Assembly: GCA_025594325.1 (NCBI GenBank)
Contig: JANHCV010000009.1
Coordinates: 186,001 to 250,000, forward strand
From: Blastocladiella emersonii ATCC 22665
Lineage: Eukaryota; Fungi; Blastocladiomycota
Reading direction: 5' to 3'
Length of the DNA stretch: 64,000 nt
The notes below the pieces were generated by a model that saw nothing but the letters and a program-made list of their open reading frames with translations, had not been told where the DNA came from and searched no databases. The translations under genes and the position numbers were made by a program. Each line of letters starts with the position of its first letter. Position 1 is the first letter of the stretch. Positions 23,687 to 35,246 of this stretch are shown here, piece by piece.

Positions 23687-24754
23687 GTATTAGCCACCAC
23701 ATACAGCCTGTTGTCCTCTTGTGAACCTCCTCACCGTCTTCTCTTGTGAACCTCTTCACCGTCCCCTCTCGTGAACCTCTTCACCGCCTCGATCTTCATC
23801 TCCACCAAGATCGCACGTCCATCGTGCCGAGCTTCCTCCCAGCCAAGTACGCTTCAACTTTCTCAAGCAATCAAACCTCGGACGTGCGGGACTTATTTTC
23901 TCTGGCCAACGCGACGCTTTTGCGCGTTCCCGTCACCACGTGCCCAGCTCTCGCGTGGCTGCCCGTCGCTGTGGTGCGCGACGACACGCTTTGCGACCGC
24001 GCGAGCGAACTGATGCGTCGCTCGGGTACGATCCAGCGGTTCTTGGCGGCCATGATCCGCACCACCTTGATTCCGTCGCTCGAGCTGCACGCTGTTCCCT
24101 TGAGCTCGCCGCACGTCAGGACTTGCTCCAGTTGCGACCTCCGCGAACAGCAAGAGTGGTTTGACGCCATGGACATGCTTCTCGCCCTTGATCCGACGGG
24201 GCTGCGTCGGCTTCCCGCTCCTGCGATCAACCTCCTCCTTGAGGTTCTGAAATCTGTTGGGTCGCTCGATCATGTTCGCATGTGCAGCAAGCCTGCTGCT
24301 GCCAATTGTCACGGCAACCGCGCGGCTCACCCGGTCCGCCAGATGGTTCAGTCGCTGGTTCGGACCAACTTTGGCACAGTTCTTGACCTCCTCGAAGAGG
24401 CCGCCAAACCCGAGGGGATCCCGCTTTCGTTTTGGCGAGCGGTGCCCGACGGAGCGCTTGATGGGGTCAAGAGCCCCAAGTGGATCGCGGAGCATGTTTT
24501 CAACGAGCGCCAGAAGGAATTGCCGCTCTGGGCCTTGATCGACGAGATGCGTCGCATCGCTCCGAAGACGGTTGTCTCGCGCGAGTACGCCGATGCCTTT
24601 GTCACGATCATGCACACGCGCTGATCCTTCTCTAGTGTTGATGTTTGCTCCCTCCAGTTGTTTGTTATTGATCCTAGTTGTTAAATCAAATTAGTGTTTT
24701 CGCTTGAGGCCGCGGACTGTGATTCCAGGCGAACGACGCAGTTATTGACGGGAG

Positions 24755-24784
24755 AGGCGCGAGAACGAATTCGTTCTCGCGCCT
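24755..24784. repeat. Perfect 30-bp palindrome
   Basis: AGGCGCGAGAACGAA|TTCGTTCTCGCGCCT. Confidence 0.95.
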
Positions 24785-25382
24785 TCGAAAGCGCCTCGTT
24801 GCTGGCCCGATTGTGGCGCAGCGCGTCCAGTCGCGGTCAGCTGTTGCACACGGGTGATGAGCATCGCGTGGCACGGCAGGCGCCGTCCGCAGCTCTTGTC
24901 AGCTGCAGCGATACTGTCGCATCGTGGCAGTTGCTGATGCCATGAAGCGGTAACCTTACACGCGCCACGAATCCAAGCTCTTGATGAGGCACGGGTCATC
25001 ATCAGCCTCTCATGTCGAGTGTAGAGTGCCACGTCATATGCGCGTTGCCTTGTTCGCGCCGCAACGCGTCCATGGTCGGACCATGCGACGACGCGTTTGT
25101 GGCGCAGCCTGTGGCGTCGCCGAGAGTCAGTCATTGGTCGGAGGGTTGCAAACGTGAGTGGCGCAGCCCGCATAGCCGCCGCGACTTCGCCTCACCTCGT
25201 TCCTGCGTGCGCGTGCACGTTCGAGCGACCAGCGTCGGTGCCCCACATGGGCCGACCTTGTGCATCACTCGCCGCACGGTCAGCGGGTCCTGCAATGCCA
25301 CCAAGGCGCCCGCGGGCGGGTACAAGAGCCGTTGTGGCCCACCGCTTTGCCCCCGCTCCCTCGTAGCGACTACGTGCCCGCC

Positions 25383-26708
25383 ATGCCCAACAACACCATG
25401 CTACTCGCCACGCTCGCGGTTCTCGCCCTGCTCGCTCAGGCGTCGGCGGCCTACTGGCGTGAGGTCGAGTGCGTATCGTCGCCCGCAGTGATCGTCGCGC
25501 CCGAGATCCACGACTGACCAGCGTCGCCCTCCGCTCGCGATTTGTAGCACGCAGTTGTCGATCACCGGCATGGTGCACGGCCCCTTTGATTACGCCACGA
25601 CGGGTCGCTGCGTCGACTTTTCCGAGCGTTCGGCAAGTACGTGACGCGACAGCAGTTGCCCCAAGTCGACACGGTCGGGTCACTCACGTCGTGCTTCGCT
25701 AGACGGCATGTCGGCCAAGGCGCAGCTGTGGGCGTGCTCGGTCAAGTGGGACGGCTCCGCGTCGCCGCACGACCACAAGATCGGCTTCGAGACGGCGAGC
25801 GGGTGGGCGTGGATCAAGCACCGCCACAACGGCGTGGACTACTGCCTCGACGTGGCCGAGGGCAAGGCGTACGCGGGCGCGCCTGTGCGCTGGTGGAAGT
25901 GGTACGGTCAAGGCTGATTCGCGTTCGTCTCCGCGGCGGCTGACAACATTGAATGCGTGCTAGCAACGACACCAAGGCGCAGGCCTGGTACCTGACCGGC
26001 AAGGGCGGTCGCGGCGAGATCCGCAGCGACCTGGACTACAACCTGTGCCTGGATCCCGACAACGGTGCGTGTTACTTCACACCCATTCGCTCGCTCGCTC
26101 GCTCGCGTCGTAGAGATCAGCATCGCTCACCTGCCCTATCGACGTCGATAGGCTTCAACGGCGACCGCAACGGCCAGGCCCTCAAGCTCTGGCACTGCCA
26201 CGGCGGGCGCGAGCAGGAGTTCGGGATCGGCAAGATGAGCACCAACGGCATGTTCGACATGGAGCGCGAGTGCCGTGCCAAGGCGGACTGGCAGACCAGC
26301 TGCCGGATCGAATGCAAGAAGGACCCCAAGTGGAAGAACTTCTTCTACGACGGCGTCACGTACTCGTGCGGGCACCCGTACGGGCTCAACGCCAACCCCG
26401 TCTGCGTGTCAAGCCTAGCCCCCTGGGACCACGGGCACGACTTCAGCGGCGACGACCGACAGACGTGCAACTGCGCCTGCCGGTGGTCGGGCGGCGGCGG
26501 CGGGGCCGTGTCGCAGTCGGTCATCGGTGGCAAGGACCGGGTCGCCGAGTCAGTTGGTGGTGGCAAGGACCGAGTCGCCGAGTCGGCCGGCGAGGACAAG
26601 AACCAGGGCAAGCCCCGCGTCTACCCTCTCATCGGCACCGTGCGCGCGACCAAGGCGGCGACGCAGCAGGCCGCGGCGCCGACCCTCGTTGTCAGCGGTC
26701 GCCCGTAG
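25383..26708 (+). CDS. Family B paralog B2 (343 aa); join(25383..25468,25548..25636,25703..25901,25964..26064,26152..26708)
   Basis: Same four intron positions as B1. Spliced length 1032 nt, in frame. Has an extra low-complexity C-terminal tail. Confidence 0.85.
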
Positions 26709-26920
26709 CGGGCGCGTAGCTCATCCATAATCACGGCGTTTGCATCAAGTCTGCTGTATACATTTCTCTTCCATCCATGCGTGATTGCAGGGGTGGGAGG
26801 CGAAGAGAGCCCCCGTCCTTGCTCGGACACCCGACCGCGGTGCACCTTGAAACGGGCGCGGGTGACCGCGTCGGGTCCCTTCTCTCGCATCGTCGCGCCG
26901 CTTGATCAAATGTAAATCTA

Positions 26921-28646
26921 ATGAACATTTCGACCATCATTGAGGCTATTTTGGTCCACGCCATCTCCCTGCACGACGACCCGGATGATGTCCGCGGCCT
27001 CGCACAGTATGCGCGCGTCTTGCCGATGCGCGACATCCGCAAGGTTTACCGCGCGGTCTTGCGGCGAGCACCGTCCTTGAGCCCGGTGAAAGCAAGCGAG
27101 CGCGGTGCGACACGCGTCTTGAACTTGTGGGTTGCGTTAGGGCTTCCCGTTGTCGCCACGCTTGCTTGGATCGGCCCAGCTGAGCGAGGACGGCGCCTCG
27201 CCTCGTTTGACTGGTGGCGGACGTCGGGTCTCATCACTCCCGGCATGATCGGATCATTTGAGAGCCGCTTCGCAATTGCAGCACTTGCCTTCGCTCGCGG
27301 CTCGAAGGTGCGGAACAAGCGGGAACGAAGGAAGATGCGACGCAATCTCGTTGGTTTACCTGTACGCAACTTGACGCTCACTCACTCGTGGACATCAGTG
27401 CTTCGTGCGACCCGTGGACGCGGCGATCCGCGACGCTACGGCCGATAACGTCACCGGATCGGCCACCGAGCTCATGTTCTAGTGCGAGCCGATCATCGTT
27501 GACGGTATGCGGCTCCTCAGCGACGCTATGGCGAGCCCCGACGCCAAAGTTACTTCGTTGAGCTTCCACAAGTGCACCATCGACCTCGCGCGGCTTGGCG
27601 CGCTTCGCCTTCCTGCGTCGTTGACCAACCTGGTCATAGACCACGCGTGGCTCATGCACATGCCGCTGACCAGCGTTGTGATGGACGGCTTCGCCAATCT
27701 CGCGCACTTGAAGCTCTCGAACAGCCCCATGTCCACCGACCTCGCCGCACACCTAGCTCGTAGCTTACCACTCACCCTCGACACGCTGGAAATCGATGCG
27801 TGCAACTAGGGCGACGCCGTGTTCGAAGCGTTTACTCCGCTCCCTCCGTCGCAACTGGCCACTCTGTCAATCGCGCGCGACACTCTGACTGGCACCGGCC
27901 TTGCGACGGCGAGCTCTCTCTTGCCTCGATCGCTCAAGTGTCTGACATTGGAGGACGTCAAGCTTCACACGACGACGAACGGAATGCCGCTCAAGTTCTT
28001 ATTCCCGGCCACGTTGACTGTTCTGCGGCTTCGGCACGTCAATCTCGGCAAGAACGCGAGCGCGGCGCTTGTCAGAGCACTCCCCGCTTCGCTCAAGGAA
28101 TTGCTGATCTTCAACTCCGACTTTGTGCGCGACGCAGCGCACCTTCTCGCTTCAAGCCTGCCTCCAAAGCCGACCAAACTCAACCTCTACGAACATAACC
28201 ATCTTGACGCGGAAATCCGCACCACCCTGCTTCGTGCGGTGCCCCCTACCCTCGAATTGTTGACGCTTGTGGGTAACAACGAGTTGCTCACCGACTTTAC
28301 CTGTCTGGTTTCGCACGTCCCAAGCTCGCTTGAATCACTTAACCTCGCGCATGTGGATTGCGGGCCGGAAGGCGCGCGCGCGCTCGCGCAGCACATGCCG
28401 CCCGGGGTCAGGTGGTTGACTTTGGAGCGCGCGAACATTGACGACGACGCGATCCAATACCTTGCGCCTGCGATCCCGGCTAAAGCGGTTTGGATTATCT
28501 CGTCAAACAACCGCGCGATCACCGACACGGGTGCGCGGCTCCTCGCGCAGCATCTTCGCTGCAAGGCGTACGAGATCCACTTGCGCGGGACCAGCGTGAC
28601 GAAGGCGGGTGCAGACGCGGGTCGAACGGGGAGGTGCAGTATTTGA
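26921..28646 (+). pseudogene. Ankyrin-like/F-box-like N-terminus + LRR (RNI-like) gene with two in-frame TAG codons
   Basis: Intron 27308..27398. One continuous frame with TAG at 27480 and 27807. LxxLxL repeats; N-terminal AS..G...VL.LW and FDWW..SGL motifs. Confidence 0.7.
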
Positions 28647-29126
28647 GAGCTAGATGGCCGTTTGTGATGCGAAGTAATAGCAGATGATGGTGCGGCTGAC
28701 TTGTAACGTGAGATTCCAAGCGTCGAACTCCAAGCGAAGCTCAATGGACTCAAAGCGAAAGTCAGAGTCGGCGAGAGGAAAAAGTGTGGTCACAGTGAAG
28801 CGCGCGAGGAGGCAATACACTTGATGCGGGCCCGCCCACCAGGTTCTTGATGGTAAGCATTATTTGTGAGAGCACCGTGTTGACCTGGATCAACTCGTCG
28901 TGGCGCTGGCTGAGGTGAGATCACGACGCCGACGCACGCGATGGCCATCTGACATGATGGCAGCGGAAGCGTTCGCGAGCATGTTGTCGGGCGGTTGAGC
29001 ATACTCAATCAAGGCACACACGATGGGTTTCTAGCGCAGAGCGCAGGGCGAGCGAGCGAGCGAAATGTGAGTGGTCGGTCGTGTTCGCATGGGTGCGGGA
29101 TCCAGCGCGACACGTCCCAGGTTGAC

Positions 29127-29178
29127 GTTGACCGGCGACCCTGCCGCGTGACGTTGACCTGCGACCCTGCCGCGTGAC
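29127..29178. repeat. 26-bp tandem repeat x2
   Basis: GTTGACC(G/T)GCGACCCTGCCGCGTGAC. Confidence 0.85.
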
Positions 29179-32100
29179 GCTCGCCGCCAACTTGAGCTGG
29201 TGGTTCGCGTCGCGGCGCGTCGTGTCGTGGCTGGCCGGAGCTTGGTGGTCGTCGACTGACGGGGACGGCCACCGCGCGCGCGTGGCGTTGTTGCGGAAGT
29301 CGAGTCGCAGAAGCCGACTTGCAGTTCTTGATAGCACCGTGTTGAGCGTGAGCTTGTCCATGGACAGCGGTCGATGATCGAGATGGTAGCGGCGGTCGTT
29401 GCAGTCCTGGAACGACTGACGTCGAGGCGCCCTGCCGCTTGAAGTAGTCGAAGAAGCGGAAGTTGAGCTTCGACCACGACGGCGACGAGTACCTGAGGCT
29501 CAGCTCGGCCCGGCTCGACCCGGCGCCGCGCGTAGTGGCGGTCGGGTAGAAGTCGTGGTGTCGTACTCGCCCTAGCTCCGAGCGACGCGTCAGTCACGAT
29601 TCCGTGAATGGCAGCAAGCGCTTTGCGCACACCACATACGCTAGCCCTAGGCTCGGCATGAACTCGGTACGCGTGGTCTCGGGGAGGAACGACAATGGCC
29701 AGCTTGAATTGCTGCTCCTTCCTGGACGACCCGCGGCCCGAGCGGGTCATCGTAACCACGACCACGACCATGGCCGCGTGCTGGATCCCGAACAGCGAGC
29801 GAGTCCTCGAACCAGTGTGTGCGTGTCGAGCTTCTTGATGAACGCGAGCCGGCCCACGCCCGATGCTGCCGCCCTTGAACATGCACGCGTACCAATTCTC
29901 GGGTCGTCGTGTGTTGCCGGTGAGCATGAGTCGCCGGAATCGAGAGTCACGGCGAGGATCTGTAGAAAAGCAGCAACAGCAGGATGCGAGTGATCATCAG
30001 CGATGCTTTTCGTGGACGACCGATGACAAAGCGACGACACGTACCATCCATGCAGGGCAATGTACGCCGCCCGCCGGCTTGGACTCGCGCCGCGCTGCTG
30101 CGCGGTCAGTCGAGCGTCGAGCGTCATGCCGTACGTGGAACGTGAGCGTTGAGCGTTGAGCGTTGAGCGCGGCCGACTTGAGGCGTCGTCGCAGCGTGTT
30201 GCCGTAGTAGTCGAGCGACTCGGTCACTCGAACTTGCGCGCACAACCCCCGCCGCGGGCAGCCGCGCAACGGTTACTACGGGATCGGACGTGGGTAAGCG
30301 ACGGGTGCATGGCGGCCACGAACAGGCCATGGACACGTACTGCCGTTGTGTTTGAGGCAAACGTCGAAAGGAAGCGGTCTTGCTGCCGCGAGAACTGGGC
30401 GAGAAACACGAGGAGCAGTTGATGGTCGCGGAACAGCCCGTCGACGCAGCCGCGGCCAGCACAGCCGAGCGCGATCTTGAAGTCGTCGCTGCTACGCGGA
30501 AGCCGCCGACCCAGGTCAGTGACAAGCCGAACGATGGGTGTTGTGAAAACGCGCGTACCATCACCGAGCCGCTGCCGCCGCAATCTGGATCCACGCGATC
30601 CGCGCCGAGCTTGACCTGCATCTTGACGCATCGATCCCGGACGGCGACGCGTATCCGGGGAGTGCGCCACGAGTCGGAGCACGTACCAGCCGATTTTGAT
30701 GAGGAGTGCGGATCCCTGCCAGAAACGACGTGCGTCGCGTCAGCAGATGTCGCGTAGCCTGTCCTTGGCGTACCGGAAGTAGCAAAGCTGCCGAGCATGC
30801 CTGAGGACCCGCGGAGGCGAAGAGTGGGATGCGGAGGGCGCGTGGCGACGCTGGGTCGATATACACGGGTAGATGCGTGGGTCGGCATCGACGGCGACCC
30901 ATGGACTCGACCGTCTGCGTACCGGGCTTGATCGGAGCGGATGGCGCCGCACGGCGTTGCGAAGAGAGTGCCGCCACCCCATGTGTCCCGTGCGACGAGC
31001 AATAGTGGTACGCGGAGCTCTGGACGGTGACCGACCGCGTTGATCGAGCGGCCTGCTCGCGCGCGTCGACACGCGCGCACCTCGGTACGGGCGGCGTGTG
31101 CGTCGAGTAGTTGCGGGCAGCGTTGCAGCGGTGCGCGTGCGGAAGGGGGAGATTCGATGGCATCGCGGGGAATCAATAAGTGTGATGAGAGAGGAAGCTT
31201 GCTCGACGCGTCGGCGCGACGCGTTTCTGGATACAAGCGTGTGCGACGCGTCTTCGGTGGCTGCGAGACAATTTTGCGCGCGCACCTGACTCCCTGTGAC
31301 CGTGAAGCGAGGAGTTTTTCGCCTCGCATCGACGTGAAGAGCAACTGAACAAGTATCCACCAAGTCCTTTGCGTCGGTACTTGCGCCAATCGCAAGCACT
31401 CGATGGTGCCGCGAAAGGGTCCAAGGCCGCGTCTCAGCGCGAGCGCGTTGCGCCACAGCCGCACGGCACGCGCCATGGCGTCACCCCGCTTCTCACGCAC
31501 GCTCACCACGGCGGCCGTCCCGCCTCCAGCTCTCCGCCTCGCCGGCGCGTTCACAGGCGTCCCGCGGTATCATGGACCGCATCGAACCTGCGCGACTGCC
31601 CGCAACGGCGCTCCCGCGGCCGCCCCGACAGGCTACCGCCCTCTGCGCGTTCGGGACCCGCATTGCCGGTGTTGCGGGCACAGCGGCCTCGACCGGCACC
31701 CGTGAGCTTGAGAGACATTGTCCACGACGCGCTGGGGCAGTCATGCGAGCGAGGATCCGGCTCAGGGACGACCGACGTCCCGGACCTGCTCCGACCTGCC
31801 GATGCGCCCCATCGTTTCCGCCTCCAGCACTCGCACCGCAGACTCGCCGGCATCCACATAGCATCCCCATGGTCTTCATGGCGCTCACGAACGAGTCCGG
31901 CGGCCCGAGCCGTGTCGCGGCAACACGTCCGTCCCGGCCTGCAGCGGGCCACTTGCCTAACGGCTCCATCGCGTCGCCGCTGGGCTCGATGGCGGCCGTC
32001 TTCCATTTTGCTCCATGAGATCGAGGAGATTGAGGTGAGTTTGGATCGGCAAGCGCTGCAACTGCTTCCTGACGTCCGAGGACGCGTTCCGACGCAACAC

Positions 32101-32899
32101 GCACGCCCGCCCTTGCCTTCGCAAACACGCGTCGTCTCCGCGTCGCCTCACGCGATCCTCGCGTCTCGACTTTTTGATGCACTCGCCGACCATGCTTGAG
32201 CGTTGCTTGGCTGAAGCCTGGGCTGAAGTGCTGCCCGCGACGCTCACGGTGGGACGTCGGTGAGCCCGGGCCCGCCATGAACGCCGCCACGTCAAGCCGG
32301 CGGTCCCCGCTCTCCCCCTGATGCCGCTCTGCCGCGAACGCATCGAATGGAAATCTACAATCACTTGCTGCATTATGTCTCCCGAGTGTCCTCCATGCCC
32401 TGGCCGCCGTGGACCGGCTGGATCCGGCACTGGCAGCACTGAGCGTGTCGCGCGGCCGCACCGTGCCCCGCCTGAGCTCCGTGGCGTCAATCGTTACACG
32501 CACCGTGCTGACAGGCTCTCGCGCATCCGCGCGCCACGGTTTGAGGTCTGGATCGCCTTCGCGGTCGTCTTCCTGCGCTTGCGTGCGCGTGCGAGCCGAG
32601 GCCCTGCTCGTCCGCGTCGCTGTGTCGGTCTGGCGCATGGGCTTCAGCAGTCCACCGCCGCCTCGCGCGTGGACCTAGAGACACGTTTTGGACTCGGACG
32701 CGACACCTCCACGGCGGGGTGGACTGCGTGAGACGTTGCTGCGAGACGTCCCGTGTTAGTCACTCGCGTCGCTGACCAAGGTCTCGAACTCTTGCCGCTT
32801 CGGCCTGCTCTCGGCAACCACCGGACGACAGAGTACCGCATACATTCACCGTATCCGTGCACACCCTGCTCTTGTCGCCAAACTCACATATAAAACTCC

Positions 32900-33200
32900 G
32901 GACTCTCAAGCCGCCCACGCTGCTCCACCTTACCGTTCGCCACGGCGGCCGTGGTCGTTAATCTCCATGGAAATCAGCACGGGCCTGTCGCGGAGCACCG
33001 GCAGCACGTATATTATGGTCATCGTCGACTGATCCTTTATGATGACGCGCTTCATCCTGCTTGCTGTGCTTCCAAACCCAGTCACGACCGCCGACGCGTT
33101 CCTCGAGTACGCGGTGCGACCGCATGGGCTGCTCAACGACATCATGTCGGACCGCGGGCCGCAGTTCATGTCGCGGTTCTGGTCGGCCATGCGCGACGAC
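32900..33200 (+). mobile_element. Ty3/Gypsy integrase core relic
   Basis: Reads PWSLISMEISTGL...IMVIVD*SF...VRPHGLLNDIMSDRGPQFMSRFW. The CGA>TGA change at 33030 falls in the VDR motif. Confidence 0.8.
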
Positions 33201-33400
33201 CAAGCCTGCTGAAGCGGGCGGAGCCAACAGGCGCCACGATCGTGGGACGCGACGTGTCCTCGCTCTCCCTGACTTGGGTAAATAACTTGCGGCACGCACG
33301 CGGCGAAAAGAGATTCAGTGAACTGTAAGATTCTATGTCCTTTGATGAGGAGAAACGCAAGATCGAGGAGACCATAGCCGCACAAACGAAAGACGAGCGG

Positions 33401-34754
33401 TCAGTGACGGCTGCGGACCTCCAGGGTCGGCGCAGCCGTTGACTGCCGGCGAGGAGCAGCCGTCTTGGTGGCTGTCTTAGTGGCGTTGGGAGCGACGAAC
33501 CGACCATTCTCGCCCAGGCGCAGGATGATGACGGAACTCGCGCCCTCCGTGCCCTTGCCGCCTGCTTCGGCGGAACGAGCGGCAGCGCACGTACACTGGC
33601 ACGGGGCCCCGGGGCCCCAGTCGTGCGGGTACTGCGCCGGGTTGAGGCTCGAGATGCACTCGTCCATACCAGTCGAGGGGCGGCGCCGGCACGAGTACGT
33701 GACGCCGTCGTACCAGTACTGCTTCCACTTCTCGTTGGTCTTGCAGCTGAAGGTGCACTCTGGGTCTGTGCCCAGAGTGTACTCGCAGTCGTTGCGCATG
33801 TGCACCCAGCCGTCCGAGTACCCCTTGCCCATGGCCAAACCGAACAGTTGATAATCACTCACGTCGACGCAGGGCGCGAGCCGAAGACTGACACGGTTCC
33901 AATGCATCCTGAGGTAGTCTGCGACGTCTCCACTGGTTAGTAGGGCTCCCATTGATATAATGGGGGACGGAACCCGCACCTTCATACGTGTCAATACAAA
34001 GCGAGTAGTCGAGGTCCGTCCGGATCACACCAGTCTTGCCGCCAGTCGGAATGTACCATGCCTGGGCCCGCGAACCGTTGCTATATAGGCAGGTTTCGGG
34101 ATACATCAGGTGAGCGATCGCAACGGGAGGCGACCCGAGGACAATGACGAGCGTACCACTTCCACCATCGAATGAGCTTGCGCTCGGTGCCGTCGCCGTC
34201 AGTGACATCGAGGCAGTAGTCGACATTGTTGTGGCGGTGACGGATCCTGTTAGGCACAGCAAACCAAGCGTGAGTTCCAGTGTTTCGACAGCTTTTGCTT
34301 CGAGATGATGCGCACCAGGCCCAGCCCGACGTGTCCTCGTAGCCGACCGTGTGGTCGTGCGGCGACCGCTTCCCATCCCAGCGATTCGAGCAATCCCACA
34401 GCTGCGCATCGGCCGACTCGCCGTCTGGACGTTACGACAAATTCGTGTCAGCCTTCAGCCCCGTCTCGACTCGTCTTGTCCGCAGAATGTCAGTGAAACA
34501 TACTCGCCGTGGCCTCCGAGAAGTCGAGGCACGGGCCAGAAGTGCGGAATGAGGAATGGGTCCACTTGTTCAGCCCCGTCACGGTGACAGCGGTCCTATG
34601 ATTGACGAGCGACAGCCGAGGATCAGGCACGTTTGAATGAACAGCGGCGAGGGAAGCGACTCGACACTTACTGGACCTCGCGCCAGGCAGCGTCGGCGAG
34701 CTGGACGCCGACGGCGAGGGTGGCCAGCACGATGAAGAGCAGGCCCTTGGTCAT
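33401..34754 (-). CDS. Family B paralog B3 (6 exons), secreted ricin-B lectin + Cys-rich domain
   Basis: Starts MTKGLLFIVLATLAVGVQLADAAWREVQ. Shares the B1/B2 introns plus one extra (34247..34315). YDGVTYSC is conserved. Confidence 0.8.
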
Positions 34755-35246
34755 GGTCGATCGTGATGCGTGATGATTCGTTGCAAAAAGGTGTGCTTTG
34801 ACTGAGGAGAGGCGACTTTCTGCGACTCCGTCGCCCGTTTTATACTCTGCCGAGGTCGCTCGAAGCGGAGCGCTAGCGAAAACCCATGTGGGCGCTGCCG
34901 CGTTCCCCTCGCGCGCGTGGAGAACGGTGCGCGTGCACGCGAGCCGGATCTGCACCTGCTGACCGGCTCGTGCTGGGCCCGCGAGGGCCACCTCGCTAAA
35001 ACGTGGAGGCACCCGCCAGCTTGCTTTGGAAAGCCGGCTGACCCTACGGCGGCCAGCGCGAGACAGGAGACGCGTCGCGAAATGGCGTGACTGGCACGCG
35101 GGAGGCTTGAAACGTGCGACGCGCGCCTTCTCGGCCGGCGACCGGCGAAAGCACCCCCTGCCGGCGACTGGTCTTCCCTTGCAACGTTGGCCTTTCCCTT
35201 GAACGAATGAACGTCTCCATGCAATCGAATCCGGGCACGGTCGAGC

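Larger units (their letters stand above)
18427..23859. mobile_element. 377-bp non-autonomous element (excluding the nested copia), AGTT...AACT termini, 5-bp TSD TTCTC
   Basis: TTCTC at 18422-18426 and 23860-23864. Imperfect terminal inverted repeat AGTTCAAGTACAC / GTACGCTTCAACT. Internal 3x ~25-nt repeat at ~23715-23790. Confidence 0.75.
16860..24624 (+). pseudogene. Family A paralog A3, disrupted by nested insertions; join(16860..18150,18213..18426,23865..24624)
   Basis: Removing 18427..23864 restores an uninterrupted 754-aa ORF (RVF-S-SNQTSDVRDLF) colinear with A2. Confidence 0.9.

Noticed and set aside
28700-32850. Many tracked ORFs and possible relic exons (e.g. 29600-29900, 30250-30800, an ASPWSS RT-like word at ~31860)
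   Set aside because: No recognisable domain or consistent splice pattern; probably decayed genes or TEs that I cannot assign.
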